Below, piece by piece: positions 23,611 through 38,085 of a stretch of 52,115 bases of DNA. The translations under genes were made by a program, and so were the position numbers. The notes beneath the pieces are model-generated. The model was given only the letters and a program-made list of their open reading frames with translations, had not been told where the DNA came from and did no database searches. Source of the DNA: Chiloscyllium plagiosum (lineage: Eukaryota); NCBI RefSeq assembly GCF_004010195.1, contig NC_057752.1, forward strand, positions 13,945,431 to 13,997,545. The letters are read 5' to 3'. Position 1 is the stretch's first letter, and each line of letters opens with the position of its first letter.

Positions 23611-23931
23611 TTAAAAACAAACTTGTGTTTAGGCCCATGTATGATAATGATGCCTTAAGGGTTGTCATGGAAACCAGCCTCAGCAAGAATGAGTACATTT
23701 AATGAAAGATGGAAAGGAAGAATATAATTTTTCAAAAAAAACCCATCATTTTAATGTTGATTAGGAACAACAGTGTGACTTAGAACCAAATACCAAAACT
23801 CCATTTTGGGGCCTGGACTACTGGCATTTTTCCACACCCATGCGCCATTTTAGAAATTCTACTGGTCTGAAATAATTATTAGCCTGAACATGAAAAACAT
23901 ATATTGTGCCATCTTTTCTTCTGTTAGATTA

Positions 23932-24306
<375 letters not shown>

Positions 24307-24312
24307 TCAGAT

Positions 24313-24422
24313 TTACTGTACAGTCAGTGCACAAATACAACAACTGACCCCCCATCCCCAGCATTACACAACAGTCTGTGCACCAATACAACAGCTGACC
24401 CCCCCGGACACCAGCATTACAG
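24313..24422. repeat. Degenerate copies of the same 50-bp minisatellite upstream of the SINE
   Basis: tacaacaactgaccccccatccccagcattac and similar, about 2 units. Confidence 0.85.
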
Positions 24423-24736
24423 ATTAGATTAGATTAGATTACAGCGTGGAAACAGGCCCTTCGGCCCAACAAGTCCACACCGACCCGCCGAAGCGCAACC
24501 CACCCATGCCCCTACATTTACCCCTTACCTAGCACTATGGACAATTTAGCAAGGCCAATTCACCTGACCTGCACATCTTTGGACTGTGGGAGGAAACCGG
24601 AGTGCCTGGAGGAAACCCACGCAGACACGGGGAGAACGTGCAAACTCCACACAGTCAGTCGCCTGAGGCGGGAACTGAACCCGGGTCTCAGGCGCTGTGA
24701 GGCAGCAGTGCTAACCACTGTGCCACCGTGCCGCCC
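24423..24736 (-). mobile_element. Full-length tRNA-derived V-SINE (HE1-like) inserted into the minisatellite
   Basis: Reverse complement starts gggcggcacggtggcacagtggttagcactgctgcctcacagcgcc (Pol III A/B boxes), has the V-domain gtggagtttgcacgttctccccgtgtctgcgtgggtttcctcc and an (aatct)n tail. Confidence 0.92.
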
Positions 24737-24740
24737 ACAG

Positions 24741-27700
24741 TACAGTCCGTGTGCAGATACAACCGATGCCCCCCATCCCCAGCATTACAGTACAGTCCGT
24801 GTGCAGATACAACCGATGCCCCCCATCCCCAGCATTACAGTACAGTCCGTGTGCAGATACAACCGATGCCCCCCATCCCCAGCATTACAGTACAGTCCGT
24901 GTGCAGATACAACCGATGCCCCCCATCCCCAGCATTACAGTACAGTCCGTGTGCAGATACAACCGATGCCCCCCATCCCCAGCATTACAGTACAGTCCGT
25001 GTGCAGATACAACCGATGCCCCCCATCCCCAGCATTACAGTACAGTCCGTGTGCAGATACAACCGATGCCCCCCATCCCCAGCATTACAGTACAGTCCGT
25101 GTGCAGATACAACCGATGCCCCCCATCCCCAGCATTACAGTACAGTCCGTGTGCAGATACAACCGATGCCCCCCATCCCCAGCATTACAGTACAGTCCGT
25201 GTGCAGATACAACCGATGCCCCCCATCCCCAGCATTACAGTACAGTCCGTGTGCAGATACAACCGATGCCCCCCATCCCCAGCATTACAGTACAGTCCGT
25301 GTGCAGATACAACCGATGCCCCCCATCCCCAGCATTACAGTACAGTCCGTGTGCAGATACAACCGATGCCCCCCATCCCCAGCATTACAGTACAGTCCGT
25401 GTGCAGATACAACCGATGCCCCCCATCCCCAGCATTACAGTACAGTCCGTGTGCAGATACAACCGATGCCCCCCATCCCCAGCATTACAGTACAGTCCGT
25501 GTGCAGATACAACCGATGCCCCCCATCCCCAGCATTACAGTACAGTCCGTGTGCAGATACAACCGATGCCCCCCATCCCCAGCATTACAGTACAGTCCGT
25601 GTGCAGATACAACCGATGCCCCCCATCCCCAGCATTACAGTACAGTCCGTGTGCAGATACAACCGATGCCCCCCATCCCCAGCATTACAGTACAGTCCGT
25701 GTGCAGATACAACCGATGCCCCCCATCCCCAGCATTACAGTACAGTCCGTGTGCAGATACAACCGATGCCCCCCATCCCCAGCATTACAGTACAGTCCGT
25801 GTGCAGATACAACCGATGCCCCCCATCCCCAGCATTACAGTACAGTCCGTGTGCAGATACAACCGATGCCCCCCATCCCCAGCATTACAGTACAGTCCGT
25901 GTGCAGATACAACCGATGCCCCCCATCCCCAGCATTACAGTACAGTCCGTGTGCAGATACAACCGATGCCCCCCATCCCCAGCATTACAGTACAGTCCGT
26001 GTGCAGATACAACCGATGCCCCCCATCCCCAGCATTACAGTACAGTCCGTGTGCAGATACAACCGATGCCCCCCATCCCCAGCATTACAGTACAGTCCGT
26101 GTGCAGATACAACCGATGCCCCCCATCCCCAGCATTACAGTACAGTCCGTGTGCAGATACAACCGATGCCCCCCATCCCCAGCATTACAGTACAGTCCGT
26201 GTGCAGATACAACCGATGCCCCCCATCCCCAGCATTACAGTACAGTCCGTGTGCAGATACAACCGATGCCCCCCATCCCCAGCATTACAGTACAGTCCGT
26301 GTGCAGATACAACCGATGCCCCCCATCCCCAGCATTACAGTACAGTCCGTGTGCAGATACAACCGATGCCCCCCATCCCCAGCATTACAGTACAGTCCGT
26401 GTGCAGATACAACCGATGCCCCCCATCCCCAGCATTACAGTACAGTCCGTGTGCAGATACAACCGATGCCCCCCATCCCCAGCATTACAGTACAGTCCGT
26501 GTGCAGATACAACCGATGCCCCCCATCCCCAGCATTACAGTACAGTCCGTGTGCAGATACAACCGATGCCCCCCATCCCCAGCATTACAGTACAGTCCGT
26601 GTGCAGATACAACCGATGCCCCCCATCCCCAGCATTACAGTACAGTCCGTGTGCAGATACAACCGATGCCCCCCATCCCCAGCATTACAGTACAGTCCGT
26701 GTGCAGATACAACCGATGCCCCCCATCCCCAGCATTACAGTACAGTCCGTGTGCAGATACAACCGATGCCCCCCATCCCCAGCATTACAGTACAGTCCGT
26801 GTGCAGATACAACCGATGCCCCCCATCCCCAGCATTACAGTACAGTCCGTGTGCAGATACAACCGATGCCCCCCATCCCCAGCATTACAGTACAGTCCGT
26901 GTGCAGATACAACCGATGCCCCCCATCCCCAGCATTACAGTACAGTCCGTGTGCAGATACAACCGATGCCCCCCATCCCCAGCATTACAGTACAGTCCGT
27001 GTGCAGATACAACCGATGCCCCCCATCCCCAGCATTACAGTACAGTCCGTGTGCAGATACAACCGATGCCCCCCATCCCCAGCATTACAGTACAGTCCGT
27101 GTGCAGATACAACCGATGCCCCCCATCCCCAGCATTACAGTACAGTCCGTGTGCAGATACAACCGATGCCCCCCATCCCCAGCATTACAGTACAGTCCGT
27201 GTGCAGATACAACCGATGCCCCCCATCCCCAGCATTACAGTACAGTCCGTGTGCAGATACAACCGATGCCCCCCATCCCCAGCATTACAGTACAGTCCGT
27301 GTGCAGATACAACCGATGCCCCCCATCCCCAGCATTACAGTACAGTCCGTGTGCAGATACAACCGATGCCCCCCATCCCCAGCATTACAGTACAGTCCGT
27401 GTGCAGATACAACCGATGCCCCCCATCCCCAGCATTACAGTACAGTCCGTGTGCAGATACAACCGATGCCCCCCATCCCCAGCATTACAGTACAGTCCGT
27501 GTGCAGATACAACCGATGCCCCCCATCCCCAGCATTACAGTACAGTCCGTGTGCAGATACAACCGATGCCCCCCATCCCCAGCATTACAGTACAGTCCGT
27601 GTGCAGATACAACCGATGCCCCCCATCCCCAGCATTACAGTACAGTCCGTGTGCAGATACAACCGATGCCCCCCATCCCCAGCATTACAGTACAGTCCGT

Positions 27701-30340
27701 GTGCAGATACAACCGATGCCCCCCATCCCCAGCATTACAGTACAGTCCGTGTGCAGATACAACCGATGCCCCCCATCCCCAGCATTACAGTACAGTCCGT
27801 GTGCAGATACAACCGATGCCCCCCATCCCCAGCATTACAGTACAGTCCGTGTGCAGATACAACCGATGCCCCCCATCCCCAGCATTACAGTACAGTCCGT
27901 GTGCAGATACAACCGATGCCCCCCATCCCCAGCATTACAGTACAGTCCGTGTGCAGATACAACCGATGCCCCCCATCCCCAGCATTACAGTACAGTCCGT
28001 GTGCAGATACAACCGATGCCCCCCATCCCCAGCATTACAGTACAGTCCGTGTGCAGATACAACCGATGCCCCCCATCCCCAGCATTACAGTACAGTCCGT
28101 GTGCAGATACAACCGATGCCCCCCATCCCCAGCATTACAGTACAGTCCGTGTGCAGATACAACCGATGCCCCCCATCCCCAGCATTACAGTACAGTCCGT
28201 GTGCAGATACAACCGATGCCCCCCATCCCCAGCATTACAGTACAGTCCGTGTGCAGATACAACCGATGCCCCCCATCCCCAGCATTACAGTACAGTCCGT
28301 GTGCAGATACAACCGATGCCCCCCATCCCCAGCATTACAGTACAGTCCGTGTGCAGATACAACCGATGCCCCCCATCCCCAGCATTACAGTACAGTCCGT
28401 GTGCAGATACAACCGATGCCCCCCATCCCCAGCATTACAGTACAGTCCGTGTGCAGATACAACCGATGCCCCCCATCCCCAGCATTACAGTACAGTCCGT
28501 GTGCAGATACAACCGATGCCCCCCATCCCCAGCATTACAGTACAGTCCGTGTGCAGATACAACCGATGCCCCCCATCCCCAGCATTACAGTACAGTCCGT
28601 GTGCAGATACAACCGATGCCCCCCATCCCCAGCATTACAGTACAGTCCGTGTGCAGATACAACCGATGCCCCCCATCCCCAGCATTACAGTACAGTCCGT
28701 GTGCAGATACAACCGATGCCCCCCATCCCCAGCATTACAGTACAGTCCGTGTGCAGATACAACCGATGCCCCCCATCCCCAGCATTACAGTACAGTCCGT
28801 GTGCAGATACAACCGATGCCCCCCATCCCCAGCATTACAGTACAGTCCGTGTGCAGATACAACCGATGCCCCCCATCCCCAGCATTACAGTACAGTCCGT
28901 GTGCAGATACAACCGATGCCCCCCATCCCCAGCATTACAGTACAGTCCGTGTGCAGATACAACCGATGCCCCCCATCCCCAGCATTACAGTACAGTCCGT
29001 GTGCAGATACAACCGATGCCCCCCATCCCCAGCATTACAGTACAGTCCGTGTGCAGATACAACCGATGCCCCCCATCCCCAGCATTACAGTACAGTCCGT
29101 GTGCAGATACAACCGATGCCCCCCATCCCCAGCATTACAGTACAGTCCGTGTGCAGATACAACCGATGCCCCCCATCCCCAGCATTACAGTACAGTCCGT
29201 GTGCAGATACAACCGATGCCCCCCATCCCCAGCATTACAGTACAGTCCGTGTGCAGATACAACCGATGCCCCCCATCCCCAGCATTACAGTACAGTCCGT
29301 GTGCAGATACAACCGATGCCCCCCATCCCCAGCATTACAGTACAGTCCGTGTGCAGATACAACCGATGCCCCCCATCCCCAGCATTACAGTACAGTCCGT
29401 GTGCAGATACAACCGATGCCCCCCATCCCCAGCATTACAGTACAGTCCGTGTGCAGATACAACCGATGCCCCCCATCCCCAGCATTACAGTACAGTCCGT
29501 GTGCAGATACAACCGATGCCCCCCATCCCCAGCATTACAGTACAGTCCGTGTGCAGATACAACCGATGCCCCCCATCCCCAGCATTACAGTACAGTCCGT
29601 GTGCAGATACAACCGATGCCCCCCATCCCCAGCATTACAGTACAGTCCGTGTGCAGATACAACCGATGCCCCCCATCCCCAGCATTACAGTACAGTCCGT
29701 GTGCAGATACAACCGATGCCCCCCATCCCCAGCATTACAGTACAGTCCGTGTGCAGATACAACCGATGCCCCCCATCCCCAGCATTACAGTACAGTCCGT
29801 GTGCAGATACAACCGATGCCCCCCATCCCCAGCATTACAGTACAGTCCGTGTGCAGATACAACCGATGCCCCCCATCCCCAGCATTACAGTACAGTCCGT
29901 GTGCAGATACAACCGATGCCCCCCATCCCCAGCATTACAGTACAGTCCGTGTGCAGATACAACCGATGCCCCCCATCCCCAGCATTACAGTACAGTCCGT
30001 GTGCAGATACAACCGATGCCCCCCATCCCCAGCATTACAGTACAGTCCGTGTGCAGATACAACCGATGCCCCCCATCCCCAGCATTACAGTACAGTCCGT
30101 GTGCAGATACAACCGATGCCCCCCATCCCCAGCATTACAGTACAGTCCGTGTGCAGATACAACCGATGCCCCCCATCCCCAGCATTACAGTACAGTCCGT
30201 GTGCAGATACAACCGATGCCCCCCATCCCCAGCATTACAGTACAGTCCGTGTGCAGATACAACCGATGCCCCCCATCCCCAGCATTACAGTACAGTCCGT
30301 GTGCAGATACAACCGATGCCCCCCATCCCCAGCATTACAG
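24741..30340. repeat. 50-bp minisatellite, 112 identical copies
   Basis: Unit tacagtccgtgtgcagatacaaccgatgccccccatccccagcattacag repeats with no variant that I could see over 5600 bp. Confidence 0.99.
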
Positions 30341-30714
30341 TACAGTCCGTGGTACAGATACAACTGACACCCCCATCCCCAGCATTACAGTACAGTCCGT
30401 GTGCAGATATAACAACTGACCCCACCCATCCCCAGCATTACAGTACAGTCCGTGTGCAGATACAACCGATGCCCCCCATCCCCAGCATTACAGTACAGTC
30501 CACGTACAGATACAACTGACCACCCCATCCCCAGCATTACAGTACAGTCCACGTACAGATACAACTGACCCCCATCTCCAGCATTACAGTACAGTCCGTG
30601 TACAGATACAACTGACCACCCCATCCCCAGCATTACAGTACAGTCCGTGTCCACATACAACAACTGACCCCCCCATTCCCAGCATTACAGAACGGTCCGT
30701 GTGCAGATACAACA
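30341..30714. repeat. Degenerate flanking copies of the 50-bp minisatellite
   Basis: About 7 diverged units, e.g. cagcattacagtacagtccacgtacagatacaactgacc. Confidence 0.9.
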
Positions 30715-31724
30715 CCTTTGACATGATCCGTCTTCCTGAACATCAGGATCAACTGGTTGGAAGCTGCTATTTAACATTTCCTACTGAGTGAGGTGCTGCA
30801 TGGCACCAGTTCACCATTTTCTTGTGTGAGTACCTGGAGTCAGTTTGGAACCTGTAAACCTTACAGCCTCAGTGACAAACTGCCATCCCAGCAGTCGGTC
30901 GCTAATTGCATCAGTCGGTTCTTTCTGAGATGTTTTTTTCATTGCTTGGTTCGTTTCACTTTATTTACCCATCGCTCGTAGCCCTGAGGGCAGTAAAGAG
31001 TCAACCCCATTGCTGTGGGTCTGGAGTCACATGTAGGCCCAGACCAGGTAAGGATGACAGTTTCCTCCCCTAAAGGGCATTAGTGACCCAGATAGGTTTT
31101 TCCAACAATCGACATCAGATACATGGTCATTATTAGACTCTTCCAGATCCATATCTTCCACATATTTATTGAATTCAAATAATACCACCAACCATGGCAG
31201 GATTCAAACCCGGGTCCCCAGAACATTATCTGGGTCTCTGGATTACTTATCGATATGATCAAAACCTTTCACAATTGCGAAGGCCTCGACCAGATCCCCC
31301 AGTAACCTTCACCGCTCTGTGACAAATGACCCCATGGTGTCCCGTCTCAGTCTATTCCAGTCAATTTCTCGGAAACCCTTCCTCACGCCTTTCCAGCGCA
31401 TGGAGCCCTCATCTCAGACACTGTGCTCTAGCTGAGGCCATGCTGGTTTATCACGGGGACCCGGTTTCTTGAATCCCAGCGATGGCTTTCAGAGACCGAG
31501 ACCATTTCCGTGACTTCAATTCGTGCATTTTAAAACACAGCGGCCTGCGACTGCTCTGATTTAGCCGCCAGGCCTCCCCGTCTGGGTAGGTCGGCTTTCC
31601 AACTGACGCAGCAGTGCATCTGGGAGCCAGCTCATCCAGAGATATATGTCTCCAAAAGGCAGGGCCACCATCAACAAGAAAATAATGAGAAATATTTACA
31701 GCACAGCTTCCACTCGTTGGCTCA

Positions 31725-31913
<189 letters not shown>

Positions 31914-32024
31914 TTAAAAACACAGGGAGGCAGCAGATGAACAAAACCAAAAGAGCTAATGGCATGAGCCGGCTTTGGAGTCAGTTACAACAGGGGACGG
32001 AGGGGAAAGGAAAACAACTCATAC

Positions 32025-32079
32025 CTGAATTTCAAATCCAAAGGCTTCACCATCTTGTTTCTCCAAGGTAATAATCCTC
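32025..32079 (-). CDS. GRASP: GRASP/tamalin exon, start of PDZ domain, RIITLEKQDGEAFGFEIQ
   Basis: 55 bp, ttcag| ... |gtatga. Contains the PDZ carboxylate-binding loop xFGF, matching tamalin KVLTLEKEDNQTFGFEIQ. Confidence 0.95.
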
Positions 32080-32169
32080 CTGAAGAGAAAACAGCAGAAA
32101 ATAATTGCCAATAACTAAGGATGGGTTTACTCTTTTTCCCTCTCCACCCCTCCTGGTGGTCAGACGCAA

Positions 32170-33265
32170 AGAAAGCCTTCGCAAGGCCTTCGACAAGATT
32201 CTCCATGGTAGACTGGTCAGTAAGGTTCAATCACATGGGATACAGAGGGAGCTACCAAGTAGGAGACAGCGGGTGGTGGCGAAGGGTTGTTCTTCAGATT
32301 GGAGGCCTGTGACCAGTGGTGTGCTACAAGAATCAGTGCTGGGCCCACCGTAGATTGTCATTTATATAAACAACTTGGATGAGAAGATGGGAGGCGCTGG
32401 TCAGTACGTTTGTGGATGACACCAAAACTGGAGGTGTAGTGGACAGTGAAGAAGGTTACCTTAGATTACAACAGGACCTTGATCACCTGGGTCACTGGGC
32501 TGAGGAGTGGCAGATGGAGTTTAATTTAAGGAAATGCGATGGGTTACATTTTGGTAAGACAAACCAGGGCAGGACTTATACAGTTAATGGTCAGGCCTTG
32601 CAGAACAGAGAGACCTAGGGGTGCAGGTACATATTTCTTGAAAGCAGCGACATAGGGAGACAGGGCGGTGAAGAAAGTATTTGGCACACTTGCCTTCATT
32701 GGTCAGAACATTGAGTGCAGGAGTTGGGATGTCATGGTGCGATTGTACAGGACATTGGAGATGTCACATACTGCATACAATTTCGGTTGCCCTGCTACAG
32801 GAAGGATGTTATTAAACTGGAAAGGATGCAAGAAAGGTTTACAAGGATGTTGCCAGGGTTGGAGGGTTTGAGTTATAGGGAGAGGCTGAACAGGTTGGGG
32901 CTGTTTTCCCTGGAGCGTCGGAGGCTGAGGGGTGATCTTTTAGAGGTTTATAAAATCATGAGGGGCATGGATAGGGTAAATAGACCAGGTGTTTTTCTCA
33001 GGGTGGGGGAGCCCAGAACTGGAGGGCATAGACTTAAGGTGAGAGGGGAAAGATTTAAAAGGGACCTAAGGGGCAGCTTTTTCACACAGAGGGTGGTACG
33101 TGTGTGGAATGAGCTGCCAGAGGAAGTGGTGGAGCCTGGTACAATTACAAATTTAAAAGGCATCTCGATGGGTATATGAATAGGAAGAGTTTGGAGGGAT
33201 ATGGGCCGGGTGCTGGCAGGTGGGACTAGATTAGAATGTCTGGTTGGCATGGACGAGGTGGGCCG
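32170..33265 (+). mobile_element. CR1 LINE RT fragment
   Basis: KAFDKILHGRL, QESVLGP, FVDDTK (YADD-like), WAEEWQMEFN, FFTQRVVRVWNELP. Confidence 0.93.
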
Positions 33266-33511
33266 ACCAGACATCTCAATCTGACACAATCTCATTTGCC
33301 AGCGTTTGGCACACATCCCTCATAACCCTTCTATTCACGTTTCCATGAAGTATGACTCTATGACCTTCCCCCCCCCCCCCCCCCCCAGGTTGGGAACACT
33401 GAGGCCAATTGCGCTGTCCCCCTCCCTCCCTTCAGCTTCCTCCTCCCAGCCAAAACAAAAAAGGTCAAAGCCCAAGACAGCAGCTCACAAATACCGAAAG
33501 GCACGACGCAC

Positions 33512-33561
33512 CTCTCATGTTCAGGAGAGTCCGTCAGCGTTTTCCATTTCATCAACGACCT
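33512..33561 (-). CDS. GRASP: GRASP/tamalin coding exon (probable exon 2), RSLMKWKTLTDSPEHE(R)
   Basis: 50-bp exon, acceptor ttgttgcag| and donor |gtgcgt. Resembles GSGFRWKNLSQSPEQQR of mammalian tamalin. Ends in phase 2, matching the next exon. Confidence 0.85.
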
Positions 33562-34529
33562 CTGCAACAAAAGGACAAGCAATTCGGATTTCAAAAGAAA
33601 AGTCGGATCAGAATTCTCAATGCGTCGATAGGCGCTCTTTTGACCCCCTGAATGGGTGTCTCCAATCAAGGTCATACTTGTGATCAAAAGGTTGTGCTAC
33701 AAGATCTACAACAGAAGAGCAGCTCATTTAAAAATGGAAGCTTCATTTTCAGACATTTCGTCACCATACTCGGTAACATCTTCAGTGAGCCTCTGGACAA
33801 AGCTTCATTCGGAGGCCCAGCTCAGCGAGCACAGCTACATCCAGAACCTCAACCTGAGCTACAAATCTTCGCAAAACTCGCTAACTCATTTAAAACGTTC
33901 GAGTGAATGGCAACATCATGGAGTTCAAATTCCCATCGCATCCAAACTGGTGGGGGTTTTTTTTTAATTCATGGGATAAGTTTGTCACTGTCATTGCCCA
34001 TCTCTTCCGGCCTGGAGGACAGTTGAGAGTCAGTCGCATCACTGCGGGTCTAGAGCCGCATCTAGGCCAGACCCAGCAAGGATGGCAGGTTTCAATTTGT
34101 GAACTAGATGGGGTTTTGCAACAAATCAACAGTGGTTACGGATACGCGAGCTTTTCGACTCTCGACCTTCTTTTATATTAAAAAAAACAAATTGAATTCA
34201 AAAGTCACCATCTACCGTGGTGGAATTTTCTGGTCAGCCTCAAGGTTCAGGGGAACTAGCTGCCTGGCGATGGCCAGCACTCCAGACAGGCTCGGATGCC
34301 TTCCCTGACTGGCCAGGCTTCAGCTGTAACCCCCAGGCCGTCCTGTCACTCCTGCAACAGTGTGGGTTCGTGACCCCAGTTGTCCCTAGCAATGGGCATT
34401 CAAATCCCACAAGGAAAACTTTGCCCCTTTGTTCCCCAGCTGAGCATATCCTGGCGCTAATGCACCAATACATACGCAAATACTCATAGAAAAAAGGCAA
34501 AGGAAATGGAGAAGTATTATTTTCAGGCA

Positions 34530-34795
34530 CCTGCTGCCTCACAGCGCCAGGGTCCCAGGTTCAATTCCAGCCTCGAGCGACTGTCTGTGTGGAGTTTGCA
34601 CATTCTCCCCGTGTCTGTGTAGGTTTCCTCCGGTTTCCTCCCACAGTCCAAAGATGTGCTGGCCATGCTACATTGCCCATAGTGTTAGGCACATTAGTCA
34701 GAGGGAAATGGGTCTGGGTGGGTTACTCTTCGGAGGGTCGGTGTGGACTGGTTGGGCCAAAGGGCCTGTTTCCACACTGTAGGGAACCTAATCTA
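34530..34795 (+). mobile_element. HE1-like V-SINE (5'-truncated)
   Basis: ctgctgcctcacagcgccagggtcccaggttcaattcc, then V-domain, then cacactgtagggaacctaatcta. Confidence 0.85.
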
Positions 34796-35719
34796 TTCTC
34801 CAGATGGAATCAGCACAAAGTTAAATCACTGTAGTCCTGCTCTCTCATTAGATAGACGACTAATGGTGGTTCAACCCGAGGGTCCCCACACCTCAGGTGA
34901 GGGGAGAGTCCTTCAGCCCGTGTGGGAATTGAACCCATGCTGTTGGCATCACTCTGAATTGCAAACCAACAATCCAGTCAACTGACCCTCAGCAACTGAG
35001 TAATCAAGGGGATGAACTGTCAACTCCTGGAGCCTCTTGAGGGAGGGGTCAGTGACCCTACATGGGGTTACTATATCAAAGACAAAGCCAAAAGTCTAAG
35101 GCTCTCATATCAGCCCTTATCTTTGCACAGGAAATTCTTTAGCTCCTTCGTCAGTTCAACATGCTTCCTGGCCATGTCTTGGCTCTGGCACTGAATTCTG
35201 ACTGAAGGGATACAATGTGCAGTCAAACCAGGAGGTCAGTTCGGTTTTTAAGGAATGGGATTGCAGTGTTCATCTTAGACAGAAACGTATAGATGGAAAT
35301 TTATTGTTACTTGAATTTGTGACGATACAATAAAATCTATATAAATTTCATATTAAAAAAAGACAAATATCCTTTTGTTCATTTCACGGCCTCTTGATTT
35401 CACGAGGACCAGGTTGGAGGGTATCCTGTGGCCTGTTGAAACTGCCGAGGAAGGCGGGCCTGCCAAAACTACCGAGGACCTGGGCTGACTCTTGACTGAG
35501 GCAGTGAGTGAGCGGGTTGCTCTCAGGATGGCGTCCGGGCTCGGAATTAGCCCAGCCTGGGTCTCAATCTCGAGCATCTCCCTCCTGCTGAAGGGCTGGC
35601 CGGGAGAATGTCAGGCCGAGGTAGGCATTGAGGAGTCCCTATTCAAAACATCCTCCTTTTCTATTTCATTTGATTCATTATTGTCACATGTGCCGAGATA
35701 CAGTGACAAGTATTGGTTT

Positions 35720-35933
35720 TGATTTGGAGATGTCGGTGTTGGACTGGGGTGTACAAAGTTAAAAATCATACAACACCAGGTTATAGTCCAACAGGTTTAA
35801 TTGGAAGCACTAGCTTTTGGAGCGCTGCTCCTTCATCATCTGACAATCACCTGATGAAGGAGCGTCGCTCCGAAAGCTAGTGCTTCCAATTAAACCTGTT
35901 GGACTATAACCTGGTGTTGTATGATTTTTAACT
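35720..35933. mobile_element. Fold-back insertion of a second Penelope-like family with 12-bp TSD
   Basis: TSD aagtattggttt at 35708-35719 and 35934-35945; arms agttaaaaatcatacaacaccaggttatagtccaacagg...ccttcatca and ctgatgaaggagcg...gatttttaact. Confidence 0.9.
35851..35880 (+). ncRNA. Minimal hammerhead-ribozyme-like motif (second family)
   Basis: CTGATGA-A-GGAGC-GTC-GCTCC-GAAA-GCTAG. Confidence 0.55.
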
Positions 35934-37791
35934 AAGTATTGGTTTGTGTGCTATCCAGACTAACCATTCCTTCCATCAGTCTATGAGGGTACTAGAACAG
36001 AATGCGTAATACAGTGTTACAGCTACAGAGAAGGGGCAGAGAAAGATCAACTCTAATACAGGAGAGGTCCATTCATAAGTCTGATAACAGCGGGGAAGAA
36101 GCTGTTCTTGAATCTGTTGGCACATGTTTTCAAACCTTGGTACCTTCTGCCTGATGGAAAAGGGTGGAAGAGAGTATACCCAGGGGAGGGGCCTTTGATG
36201 ATGTTGGCTGCCTTCCTGAGGCAGTGTAGACGGAGCCAGTGGATGGAAGGTTGGGTCGTGTGGGGGAACTGGACTGTGTTCACAACTCCCTGTAGTTTCT
36301 TACGGTCCTGGGCAGAGCAGTTGCCGTACCAAGTGCATCTGTAAAAATTGATCAGAGTCATTGTGGGCGTGCCAAATTTCCTTCGCCTCCTGAAGAAGTA
36401 GAGGTGCTGGTGTGCTTTCTTCACCGTCATGTCAACGTAGAAAGACCAAGATAGACCGTTGGTGATAGTTATTCCTAGGAACTCGAAGCTCTTGACCTGC
36501 CAATCATGATCCAGAGTTTCTACGTTAGAGGTTGGTCAGCTAAGAGAGGGCAGCTGGCACCTGTGGCACCTAACTGTTGCCTGGCACCAAACTCTGCAGA
36601 TGAGTCATCTCAGACTTGAAACATTGACTCTGTCTGTCTCCACAGATACTGAGTTTTGCAGTGTTTGCCTCGGATCTCCAGCATCCACAGTATTTTGCTT
36701 TTATGATAGTGATTATATTATTGGACCAATAATCCAGAGGCCCGGACAAAAGATATGACAGCATGAGTTCAAATCCCACCATGACGACTGAAGAATCTAA
36801 CTCCAATGAATCAAATAAATCAGGGATAATTTAGTGATAGAGTGGAAAAATCTTGGTCAAGTGCTGCTTTCAAACATGCATTTTTTTTCTGCACCCAACA
36901 TTTAACAAGCTAAAATAAAATTCAAGACTTGAACGCAAATGTCTATTTGACCGTCTGCTCAACAGACCTTGGGCAATGCTGTTTTTTGCCTTGGCTGGCA
37001 CAACATGGCACAGAGCCAACATTGTTTGTGCCCCAGAAAGTGTGTCGGTATCTTTCCCCAAGTTGGCACGCTTTGAGGTCAGAGGGCACAGTCGCTCAGT
37101 CGGTGCCCGGTGTGAGGGTATTTCACATCAAAGTTCCCTGTCTCAGTGAGCCAGGACACTGCAAACCGTCGATGTTTGACATCTAGAACAGCAGCGTGGG
37201 TTTGTTGCTGTGTCAGTGAGGGATTAGCAGAGTGTTGTTTATCTAGCTGGGACTGTGGGTGGGTACCAACAGCTGGGCAAACACGAATGTGACACCTGTA
37301 CAAACACATCAAGCCAGTTTAACAGCCTTCCCCCAATGGAGGCTTCACTAAAAAGTAGACAACAAGGAGAAAAGGATTATTCAAAGATGGAGAACACCCA
37401 AAAGCCAACCCCCCCCCCCCTCCCCAAGTACAATGTGTATGGGGGCCCATTCACCACTCAAACTGGCAGAGGCCACTCTGTTGTCTAAGGCACCAGACTA
37501 TCCCAACACCAGAAGACCAGAGTTAATCCTCACTGAGGTATTTTCTTCCCAGGATGACAGCATTCCTGGCTAGGCCTGCATTTATTGCCCAGAGGGCAGT
37601 TTAAAGTCCAACCACATTGCTGTGGGTCTGGAGTCACGTGTAGGCCAGACCTCCTTCTCTGAGGGACATTAGTGATGGGATTTTCCGACAGTGGTAATCA
37701 GACTCATTTCCAGCTTTCTTATTGGATTCTGCTGTGATGAAATTTGAACCCACGTTCCCTCAGAACATTAGCTGGGTTTCGGGATTTTTTT

Positions 37792-38085
37792 GGGTGGCAC
37801 GGTGGCTCAGTGGTTAGCACTGCTGCCTCGCAGCACCAGGGACCCGGGTTCGATTCCAGCCTCGGGTGACTGTCTGTGTGGAGTTTGCACATTCTCCCCG
37901 TGTCTGCGATTTCCTCCCACAGTCCAAAGATGTGCATGGCAGGTGAATTGGCCATGCTAAATTGCCCGTAGTGTTAGGTGCATTAGTCAAAGGGAAACGG
38001 GTCTGGGTGGGTTACTCTTCGGAGGGTGGGTATGGACTTGTTGGGTTGAAGGGCCTGTTTCCACACTGTAGGAATCTAATCTAAT
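37792..38085 (+). mobile_element. HE1-like V-SINE
   Basis: gggtggcacggtggctcagtggttagcactgctgcctcgcagc...cacactgtaggaatctaatctaat. Confidence 0.9.

Larger units (their letters stand above)
35665..36500 (-). mobile_element. Rex1/Babar-like LINE 3' fragment, with a Penelope palindrome inserted in its 3'UTR
   Basis: VKKAHQHLYFFRR..KFG, NFYRCT, WYGNCSAQDRKKLQGVV and NRFKNSFFPAVIRLMN are typical Rex1/Babar ORF2 C-terminal motifs. Confidence 0.8.

Noticed and set aside
24741..30340. CRISPR-like array
   Set aside because: There are no variable spacers and no cas genes, and the context is eukaryotic.
24537..30519. Three ORFs of 1879-1960 aa
   Set aside because: They are translations of a 50-bp stop-free tandem unit that cycles through all three frames. 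There is no synonymous variation, the longest starts inside an antisense SINE, and all lie in a GRASP intron.
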